A DNA stretch of 64,000 nt from Oceanispirochaeta sp. GTDB lineage: Bacteria; Spirochaetota; Spirochaetia; DSM-2461. The stretch spans positions 1,664,001 through 1,728,000 of the forward strand of contig CAXXOA010000002.1 in assembly GCA_963666275.2 (NCBI GenBank). The letters are read 5' to 3'. Below are positions 56,756 to 64,000 of this stretch, in pieces; the stretch's first letter is position 1; each line of letters starts with the position of its first letter. The notes below the pieces were generated by a model that did not search any database, had not been told where the DNA came from, and was given only the letters and a program-made list of their open reading frames with translations. A program made the translations under genes and the position numbers.

Positions 56756-58072
56756 TTAATAGAAGAGACTGGTAGAGAGGAGAAACTCGAATCGGTCATC
56801 CGCTTCTTTTGTCAGGAGGTCCCAGCCGAAGGTTGTCCTGACCTGAATGCTTGTGAGTTTGTCAAAGAAGAACAGGAAACTGAATCCCGATGAAAGGCGG
56901 AGATCCTGATCTGCCGAGAAGGAGCTCTTCTCCCGCAGGGTTATTCCTCCGTCCAGAAAGGGCTCTGTCTGCAGTTCCATAACCCCTTCCCAGTCCAGAC
57001 TTTTCACAGAGAATCCGCTGTTCAGGAAGTAGGCGCCCCGTCCGTAGAGATTTTCATCAGCCACTCCCCGCATAAAGATCCCCAGATCGTTCTGTTCATA
57101 TCCCAGAGTTCCCAGGCAGACCTCTCTGAGTGAGACTCCGTATCTGTCCCCGAACGTTTTAAACCAGCGGCTGTCCAGATAGCCCAGCCCTTTGACGCCG
57201 TTATCGGCACTGAAGCTGTAGCGGCCCGAAAGCCCCAGGTCTATGATCACTCCCTCCCGGAAGTTGCCCACCCAGTCCATCCTGTTGAAAACAAGATTCT
57301 GATTGACCCCCAGGGCAAAGGGTTCCTCCCGCATGGGGCCCCCGTCCAGCCTGTTCTGATAGGAGTAGCGCATTGTAAAGACCGGAGCCAGCTGGTAGGT
57401 AAACTCCTCGTTCAGGGAAAAGGCTGTTTCCGTAAGAATCCGGGTTTCATGAAAGGTGTAGTCTTCTATCACATTGCCCGAGTTGTTTTTTCGAATTCTG
57501 TCGTATCTCTGAAGCCACTGGAACTGATAGGTTCTGGGGCCCCAGTGAATATTCCCCAGCGAGGTTTCCACTTCCCACTGCCCTGTGTTCATCCCTTCCA
57601 GCTCTGTTTCCTCGGGAGGAGAGACTTCCACATAGCTGTCCACTTCAAAATCCATAAGAGTGCCGAAAAAGTTGGAATAGAGTATTTTCGATTCCAGGGT
57701 CGGCCCTGTGTTTGTATCGTATTTGGGATACACCAGAGGGATAAAGGTCCAGGCATCCTCAAGGGTTATCTCCAGGGTATAGGTGCTTCCGTTCTGAAGA
57801 GCGGGATCTGGAATGAGACGGGTTTCTATCTCCGAGAATAGGCGGAGGTTATAGAGTCTCTGTTCCAGTCTGGCCACATAAGTGCTGAGTTCCTCCCGGG
57901 TGGAGAAACTCACCTGTTCCGGCAGTCTGAGCTCTTTTTCAAGGGCCCGGGGATTTGTCATCCCATGGATCACATAAGTCCTTTTCCGGATTGTGAAGGC
58001 CGGGGCGGAGGAGTCCTGAGCTGATAGGGAAACTGTGAAAAGTATCAGTGCCATGAAAAGGGCCGGAAACAA
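56756..58072 (-). CDS. Omp85/TamA-like outer-membrane protein (POTRA-like N-terminus + barrel)
   Basis: Signal peptide; EQRLYNLRLFSEI POTRA-like segment, MRGVAD (cf. VRGY lid motif), C-terminal LSTSLFY; start uncertain. Confidence 0.6.
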   Translation of the reverse strand: MFPALFMALILFTVSLSAQDSSAPAFTIRKRTYVIHGMTNPRALEKELRLPEQVSFSTREELSTYVARLEQRLYNLRLFSEIETRLIPDPALQNGSTYTLEITLEDAWTFIPLVYPKYDTNTGPTLESKILYSNFFGTLMDFEVDSYVEVSPPEETELEGMNTGQWEVETSLGNIHWGPRTYQFQWLQRYDRIRKNNSGNVIEDYTFHETRILTETAFSLNEEFTYQLAPVFTMRYSYQNRLDGGPMREEPFALGVNQNLVFNRMDWVGNFREGVIIDLGLSGRYSFSADNGVKGLGYLDSRWFKTFGDRYGVSLREVCLGTLGYEQNDLGIFMRGVADENLYGRGAYFLNSGFSVKSLDWEGVMELQTEPFLDGGITLREKSSFSADQDLRLSSGFSFLFFFDKLTSIQVRTTFGWDLLTKEADDRFEFLLSTSLFY

Positions 58073-58271
58073 CCTGACTGCAGGGAGTCCGCCGGAGGAG
58101 GCATCATAGGAAAAGGGACGTGAAATCAGAAAAAACCGCCTTGTCTGGGAAAACTGTGAGCTGCCTATTATTGTATCGCCTGATCACAAAAAATCAATCA
58201 ATCCGGGGATTTTCAAACGAAAAATTCATATACCCCGGGACGCTTTCCTTCGGGTTTACCTTTTCACTTTT

Positions 58272-59009
58272 TCAGGAGGAGCTTACAATACTGTCCCAGT
58301 CGTAAAGGGGGACAATCTGCTGACCCGGAGGGACCACAAGATAGTCCTCCGTCCAGCTGCCATCCAGCAGTCCAGCAATGAGTTCTATGCTTCCCTTATG
58401 AAGGGATACTCTGTAGTTTTCCTTTTCCGCCTGTTCGACGACGGTGTCCCGGAGCGGGGAAAGGCTTGTTTCGGGAATTTCAATGTAGTAGAGTTCCCGG
58501 CAGCTGTTCTCATCAGCCCCTTCAATAGTCTCCATAATGTATCGGGCATTCTCTTCGCCGTAGAGTTCCACATACTCTTCATAGCTTTTGTTCAGTCCCA
58601 GAGAGACCCCGACCGAAGATTCATGCAGATAGGAATCCCCCCTTTCGGCATAGCCGATGGAACTGAAGGGGCGGCTGGGATTGTCCTGAAAGAGCTCTTT
58701 GAACCGGCTGCGGGAGCCCAGAAAGAGGGTGCAGCAGTCATGGGCCCGGGGGATCACAAGAGGATAGCGGCGGGAGCTCAGACCGGAGGTTCCGTTGCCG
58801 CAGAGGCCGTAACCCAGAAGGATCGCATCATAATCGATCCCGGACTGCTCTGTTTTATCAATTTCCTCCTGAATGGTTTTTCTCAGGAGATCTCCCGATT
58901 CATGAGCCCCTTTGGGGGTAAAGACCATATCTACCGTATGGGGAGTGCGGGCCACACTCCATCCTATCTCTCTGCTGAGAACTTCGCAGCCAATCAGTTT
59001 CAGTTTCAT
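58272..59009 (-). CDS. DUF1638 family protein
   Basis: IGCEVL.RE, GAH, LLGYGLCGNG, PRAHDCC.LFLGS. Confidence 0.85.
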   Translation of the reverse strand: MKLKLIGCEVLSREIGWSVARTPHTVDMVFTPKGAHESGDLLRKTIQEEIDKTEQSGIDYDAILLGYGLCGNGTSGLSSRRYPLVIPRAHDCCTLFLGSRSRFKELFQDNPSRPFSSIGYAERGDSYLHESSVGVSLGLNKSYEEYVELYGEENARYIMETIEGADENSCRELYYIEIPETSLSPLRDTVVEQAEKENYRVSLHKGSIELIAGLLDGSWTEDYLVVPPGQQIVPLYDWDSIVSSS

Positions 59010-59128
59010 AATTTCAGATTATACGCGGTTTCTCCCTTTTTTAATGGTATTTTTTTAAGATTTTCGGGACTTCCTTCACCTGTTTCAGGGGTTCCCTATT
59101 CCGGGGGGGATGCATTAGTATTAACCCT

Positions 59129-59782
59129 ATGAAACTCACTGTAATACAGCCGGGGAGGGTTCCCTATCAGGAAGCTCTGGACTGGCAGTACCAACTGGTG
59201 GAAAAACGGCGGGCCCATGAGATCTCAGACACTCTGATTCTTCTGGAACATCCCCCTGTTCTGACCACAGGAAGGCGGGATCAGAGCCACAATATTCTGA
59301 TTGATACAGACTCTCTGGGCGTTGAGGTGGTCAGGACAAACCGGGGCGGGGAAGTCACCTATCACGGACCCGGTCAGATGGTGGGGTATATGATCGTGGA
59401 TCTCTCCCAGTTTTCCCGCAGGGTAAAGCAGTTTGTCCATAACCTTGAAGAGGTCTTTGTCCGGGTTCTGGACAGGGATTTTGGAATTCAGGCTCAGCGG
59501 CATGACAGGCACCGGGGCGTCTGGGTGGGCCAGGACAAAATCACCGCCATCGGTCTGGCAATCGAAAAAGAGATCACCATGCATGGATTTGCCTTCAATA
59601 TAAATACCGACCTGAGCCATTTCGACTGGATTGTCCCCTGTGGGATTCAGGACAGGGGAGTGACCTCCCTTGAGAAACTGACAGGAAAAACCTGGCCTCT
59701 GGAGGATCTGAACACACTTGTGTATACCGCCTATGCGGAAGTCTACGGCTATGATGAAGTGGAGGTGAGGCTTGGCCGATAA
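59129..59782 (+). CDS. lipB: Octanoyltransferase
   Basis: [39 protein letters not shown]. Confidence 0.96.
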   Translation: MKLTVIQPGRVPYQEALDWQYQLVEKRRAHEISDTLILLEHPPVLTTGRRDQSHNILIDTDSLGVEVVRTNRGGEVTYHGPGQMVGYMIVDLSQFSRRVKQFVHNLEEVFVRVLDRDFGIQAQRHDRHRGVWVGQDKITAIGLAIEKEITMHGFAFNINTDLSHFDWIVPCGIQDRGVTSLEKLTGKTWPLEDLNTLVYTAYAEVYGYDEVEVRLGR

Positions 59783-60644
59783 AAGCTATCTGAGAAAACC
59801 CGAATGGCTGAAAATCCCCGTCCGAAAGGGAGATAATCTCCATTTTGTGGAGGACCTGCTCAAAGACAGCTCCCTTCATACGGTCTGTAAAGAGGCAAAC
59901 TGCCCCAACCGGATGGAGTGCTACAGTAAAAAAACCGCCACTTTTATGATCCTGGGCAGTGTCTGCACCAGGAACTGCCGGTTCTGTGATGTCACAGAGG
60001 GTAAACCGGGGCATCCGGATCCGGAGGAACCTGCCAAGGTGGCAAGGGCTGTTCAGGAACTGGGGCTCAAATTCGCCGTGATCACATCGGTGACCCGGGA
60101 TGATCTGGCAGACGGCGGTTCCGGGATCTTTGCCGAAGTGGTGAGGCAGATACACCTTCTGGATCCTCCTGTTCAGGTGGAAGTCCTTATCCCCGACTTC
60201 AAGGGGGACCTTTCGTGTCTGAAAATCGTGGCGGATGCGTCTCCTGAGATCATCAACCACAATGTGGAGACAGTCCCCCGGCTCTATCATCAGGTCAGGC
60301 CCCAGGCTGTATACAGCCGTTCGGTGGAACTTTTGGCCCGGGTAAAAGAACTGGATCCTTCTGTAAAAACCAAATCGGGCATGATGCTGGGGCTGGGAGA
60401 GACAAGAGATGAAGTGCTGGCGGTCATGAAGGATTTAAGAGCGGCGGAGGTGGACTTCCTTACAATCGGCCAGTATCTGGCCCCTTCAAAAGAGCACCTC
60501 AGTGTGAAAGAGTATGTTCATCCCGATGTGTTTAAAGGGTATGAAGAAGAGGCCCTGGCCATGGGGTTCAAAGGAGCCGCCTGCGCTCCCTTTGTGAGAA
60601 GCTCCTACAATGCGGCTTCCATGCTCCAGGCCCTGGGAGAGTAG
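59772..60644 (+). CDS. lipA: Lipoyl synthase
   Basis: [37 protein letters not shown]. Confidence 0.97.
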   Translation: MADKSYLRKPEWLKIPVRKGDNLHFVEDLLKDSSLHTVCKEANCPNRMECYSKKTATFMILGSVCTRNCRFCDVTEGKPGHPDPEEPAKVARAVQELGLKFAVITSVTRDDLADGGSGIFAEVVRQIHLLDPPVQVEVLIPDFKGDLSCLKIVADASPEIINHNVETVPRLYHQVRPQAVYSRSVELLARVKELDPSVKTKSGMMLGLGETRDEVLAVMKDLRAAEVDFLTIGQYLAPSKEHLSVKEYVHPDVFKGYEEEALAMGFKGAACAPFVRSSYNAASMLQALGE

Positions 60645-60670
60645 ACTCCCGGGAAATTGATCCGGAAATA

Positions 60671-62278
60671 TCAGGCCTCTGTACTTAGGGGGAGCTCCAG
60701 AATAAAACAGGCTCCTCCCCCGGGTCTGTTGACTCCTCTGATACACCCTCCGTAACTTTCAGCAATAGAGCGTACAATCGAGAGGCCCAGTCCGCTGTGG
60801 CCACACCTGCCGCTCTCCTCCCTGTCCGAATAAAAACGGTTGAAGATTTTCTCCTCCGAACCCGGAGACAGTCCGGGACCCCTGTCTTCCACGCATATCA
60901 CCGCCCGGTTCCTGCGGGTACTCAGGGACAGTTCTATGGTTTCCTCCCGGGGGGAGAAGCTGTCGGCATTGCTCAGCAGATTGCTCAGGCACTGGTAGAG
61001 CCTGTTCTCCGCCATCAGGATCTTTGCCGTTTCAGTCGTCCTGCTCTGCCTGAAATCATAGTTTCCGGCTGAGGGGCGTTTCTTCCACTCCTCCAGGAAG
61101 CCTTCCAGATAGGGGGAGAGCTCTATGCTCTGCTTCTCTTCCTCCTCCAGGGAGACATCCATCCGGGAGAGGTCTTTCAGGTCATCCAGGAGATTCTGAA
61201 TCCTGTCGGATTCCCTCCGTATGATCCCGATCAGGGGGCGCAGGGTTTCAGGGGAATCCTGATCGGCCAGTTCGGCGGCACTCCGGATCGAAGCCAGAGG
61301 ATTTTTCATCTCATGGGTAATATCCGCTGAAAATCCCCCTATGAAATTCATCTGTTTTTCCAGTTTCCCCGAAAGGGTGTGGAGAGAGCGTGAGAGTTCT
61401 CCGATCTCATCTTCCGATTTGACCGGGCGGAACTCTCCGGCGACTCTGCCCCTGTGATCCAGGAATTTTTCGGCCTGTTTTGTCAGGTTTCTGACAGGGA
61501 TGGTAATGGTCCGGGCCAGGAGTATGGACAGCAGAACCGCCGCTCCCAGGGAGTAGAGGAAAATCCGGAGCATATCCAGCCTCAGGCTGTAAAGGTCGGT
61601 CAGTATTCTGTAGGTTGATTTGGAGATCAGTACCGCTCCGGCAATGGACTCTCCCTCCCTGATGGGGATCGCCGAATAGAGGGTGACCGATCTCTGGCCG
61701 CCCGAAGAGTAGCGGGTCCTGGCGCCGTACCTGCCCTGAAGGGCCTGGCGGATTTCGGGGCCCTCCAGCCTGTCTGTGCTGTTGTAGAACTCCGCCGATC
61801 CCAGAGGGGGCGAGGGAGGGAGAAACAGACGGCGCACTACATTGATGGGGTAGACCGCTGTTTTATAGAGCCAGTTTTCTCTGATATCTTCGGAAACCGT
61901 GGCATCCAGCGACTCATAGAGATCCTGCGACCGGGAACTCCGGAGTTTTGTATTTTCTTCTGCAGATGGGGGAGTCTCCAGGTTGTCGTAGAGAGCGGGA
62001 TCGCTGGAGTCGGCCAGGAGATTCCCTTCAGAATCCACAATCCTGATCCGGGAGTCGGTCCTTTCCCTGAGATTCCTGAGGATCCTGGGGGCTTCCTCCT
62101 CCAGGGATGTCTCTTCCAGAGCGGCACTGAGGATCCTTCCCTGCTGGACCATGGCATTTTCCATGCTTATAAGGAGCTGCCTTTCGTAGGTATCCAGCAC
62201 AAACATCCCCCCCAGAGGGAAGAACACAAGGAGCACATTGAAAATCATAAGACGAAGAGTCAGGCTCCGAAGCTTCAC
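60671..62278 (-). CDS. Sensor histidine kinase (CreC/ChvG-like)
   Basis: Two TM segments, HAMP (DEIGELS), ADITHEMKNPLASIR, NLLSNA.SFSP, GHSGLGLSI. Confidence 0.92.
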   Translation of the reverse strand: MKLRSLTLRLMIFNVLLVFFPLGGMFVLDTYERQLLISMENAMVQQGRILSAALEETSLEEEAPRILRNLRERTDSRIRIVDSEGNLLADSSDPALYDNLETPPSAEENTKLRSSRSQDLYESLDATVSEDIRENWLYKTAVYPINVVRRLFLPPSPPLGSAEFYNSTDRLEGPEIRQALQGRYGARTRYSSGGQRSVTLYSAIPIREGESIAGAVLISKSTYRILTDLYSLRLDMLRIFLYSLGAAVLLSILLARTITIPVRNLTKQAEKFLDHRGRVAGEFRPVKSEDEIGELSRSLHTLSGKLEKQMNFIGGFSADITHEMKNPLASIRSAAELADQDSPETLRPLIGIIRRESDRIQNLLDDLKDLSRMDVSLEEEEKQSIELSPYLEGFLEEWKKRPSAGNYDFRQSRTTETAKILMAENRLYQCLSNLLSNADSFSPREETIELSLSTRRNRAVICVEDRGPGLSPGSEEKIFNRFYSDREESGRCGHSGLGLSIVRSIAESYGGCIRGVNRPGGGACFILELPLSTEA

Positions 62279-62961
62279 TGGCGGTACCTGTATCCTGCGC
62301 CGTAAACTGTTTCTATCGAGTCGAAACTCTCATCCCTCAGGTGAAACTTTTTCCTCAGCCTCTTGATATGACTGTCTACGGATCGGTCGGAAACATAATT
62401 GTCCAGGGGAAAGGCCGCATCGGTGAGCTGCTGCCGGGAGCAGACCGTTCCGGGGTTTTCCGTAAGGGCTTCGAGCATTCTGAACTCTGTAATGGTTAAA
62501 GGAAGAACCTCTCCCTTCCAGAGCGCTTCGTACCGGCTGGGAAAGATCGTGAGGTTTCCCGTTGACCGGGAGTCGGAGGAATCCTCAGAGGGGTTCTGCA
62601 GGCTCCGTTTGAACAGGACCTTCACCCGGGCAATGAGCTCTCGCACAGAAAAGGGTTTGCACAGGTAGTCGTCTCCTCCTATCTCCAGGCCCAGGACCCT
62701 GTCTATCTCCTCATCCCGGGAGGAGAGAAACATAAGGGGGATCGCTTCGTTTATACTCCGGATCTTCCGGCAGAGCTCCAGCCCGTCCATCCGGGGCATC
62801 ATAATATCCAGAATCATAAGATCCGCAGGGTTCTGACGGAAACTCTCCCATGCCTCCTGACCGTTCCTGTGGGTTTCCACGAGATATCCCTCTCTTTTCA
62901 GGGCATAGCTGAGGGTCTCTCTGATTCCCTCTTCGTCATCTACCAGAGCAATCCGTTTCAT
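62275..62961 (-). CDS. OmpR family response regulator (CreB/ChvI-like)
   Basis: LVDDE, LDIMMP, GGDDYLCKPFS, DRSVDSHIKRLRKK. Confidence 0.93.
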   Translation of the reverse strand: MKRIALVDDEEGIRETLSYALKREGYLVETHRNGQEAWESFRQNPADLMILDIMMPRMDGLELCRKIRSINEAIPLMFLSSRDEEIDRVLGLEIGGDDYLCKPFSVRELIARVKVLFKRSLQNPSEDSSDSRSTGNLTIFPSRYEALWKGEVLPLTITEFRMLEALTENPGTVCSRQQLTDAAFPLDNYVSDRSVDSHIKRLRKKFHLRDESFDSIETVYGAGYRYRQ

Positions 62962-63129
62962 AGGGCCAGTGTACCATGGATTTACTTTCCTCTCACAGAG
63001 GGATAACCCTTTCGGGGGCAATGCCATATATTTGCCACATTTCCGACTCATTCAGGGCGTATTTATCTTTCATACTCAGCTCATATCAAAGAAACCCGGG
63101 CGGATAGAGCCTGAAAGGATGTGTACCCT

Positions 63130-64000
63130 ATGAGTGAAATGGAAAAAAACGGTATGGAAAAGAGGAAAGGTCCCGATCTGGGGCGGCTCAGGAACCTGGG
63201 CTCATCGGCTTACGGCGTAAAGGTTCTGATTATTGTGATCCTCCTTCTCTGTTTTCAGCTCCCCCTGGAAATGATCCGATCCACTGTCTCGGAACGTCAG
63301 TGGCGCCGGGTGGAGGTGGAAGGGGAGATCCTGGAGACCCGGGGGGGGAGTGTCGTGGTGGGAGGGCCTGTGATGGTGGTGCCCCGGCTGAAGGAAGTCG
63401 CTGTTTCGGATGAGCAGGGAAAGCGCATTGCCACAAGAAAGGTCAGGAGTTCCATCTATATCCTTCCCGAGAGCCTGCAGATCCGGGGGGTCTCAGATTC
63501 CTCGGTGAAGGAACGGGGGATCTATTCGGTTCCCGTCTACTCTCTCCTTGTGGAAGGTCAGGGAAACTTTCTGCCCGGAGAGATTCTGAAAGAGTATGAT
63601 CCCCGTGAGATCCTCTGGGATGAAATCACAATCCAGTTCAGCTATCCCCAGCTGAAGGGGATGCAGAATATACAGCCCCTGCTCTGGAACGGCCGGGAGA
63701 GTTCTTTCCGACCCGGGTCCAGGGGAAAGGGGATCTATCCCGGGGTCATCTCCGCCTCTGTGGCTCTGAATGAACATACCGGGGCGTCCTATCCTTTTCA
63801 GTTTTCCCAGCTGATCCAGGGAGGGGAGTCTCTCTCCTTTCTCCCCCTGGCAGGGAATACTCAGGTGACCCTTCAGTCCGATTGGGCCAGCCCCTCATTC
63901 AACGGCTATTATCTTCCCGGTGACAGCCGGATTGGCGAGGACGGATTTACAGCCGAGTGGCAGATCAATGCACTGAGCCGGAGCATTCCCCGGAGCTGGG
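63130..64000 (+). CDS. creD: Cell envelope integrity protein CreD, 3'-truncated (absent from the ORF track)
   Basis: Manual translation: VKVLIIVILLLCFQLPL...SER, GGPVMVVP, ILPESL, RGIYSVPVY, SDWASPSFNGYYLP. Confidence 0.88.
   Translation, partial: MSEMEKNGMEKRKGPDLGRLRNLGSSAYGVKVLIIVILLLCFQLPLEMIRSTVSERQWRRVEVEGEILETRGGSVVVGGPVMVVPRLKEVAVSDEQGKRIATRKVRSSIYILPESLQIRGVSDSSVKERGIYSVPVYSLLVEGQGNFLPGEILKEYDPREILWDEITIQFSYPQLKGMQNIQPLLWNGRESSFRPGSRGKGIYPGVISASVALNEHTGASYPFQFSQLIQGGESLSFLPLAGNTQVTLQSDWASPSFNGYYLPGDSRIGEDGFTAEWQINALSRSIPRSW

Noticed and set aside
1..64000. tRNA, rRNA, transposase, integrase, prophage or defence genes
   Set aside because: None recognised by eye; intergenic gaps are short and ORFs are otherwise explained. 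tRNAscan-SE and cmscan would be needed to exclude small RNAs

Overview
Bacterial chromosomal window, most likely from an anaerobic or microaerotolerant free-living spirochaete. This is inferred from the UPF0158-GNAT gene, lone NeuB/SpsE, MMPL-LolA-like module, acyltransferase type and signal peptides. 1-12.6 kb is a carbohydrate locus: two paralogous sugar ABC operons point toward each other around rhaM, a DUF2721 gene flanked by GTAG-type REP palindromes, an AraC regulator and a UroD/MtaA-family enzyme. A regulator fusing a copy of the neighbouring solute-binding protein to an AraC domain heads the right-hand operon. The rest is mostly housekeeping: divergent proS, opp operon, perR-rubrerythrin-desulfoferrodoxin-rubredoxin, aroC/aroK, engB, trpS, rdgB, pepF, serS, neuB-like, PGM, hslO, htrA, lipB/lipA, two two-component systems, an orphan response regulator and a partial creD. 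An AT-rich island (about 41.4-48.6 kb) encodes MMPL, LolA-like, two outer-membrane proteins and TetR, with a predicted TGCAC-N5-GTGCA operator. Top leads: a sigma54-type promoter in front of an atypical sigma-factor-like gene (38.06-38.98 kb), the SBP-AraC fusion and possible methyl-sugar locus, the REP-flanked gene, the TetR/MMPL island, and many apparently leaderless genes. I saw no rRNA, tRNA, CRISPR array, transposase or integrase. All calls come from reading motifs by eye; no database searches were run.
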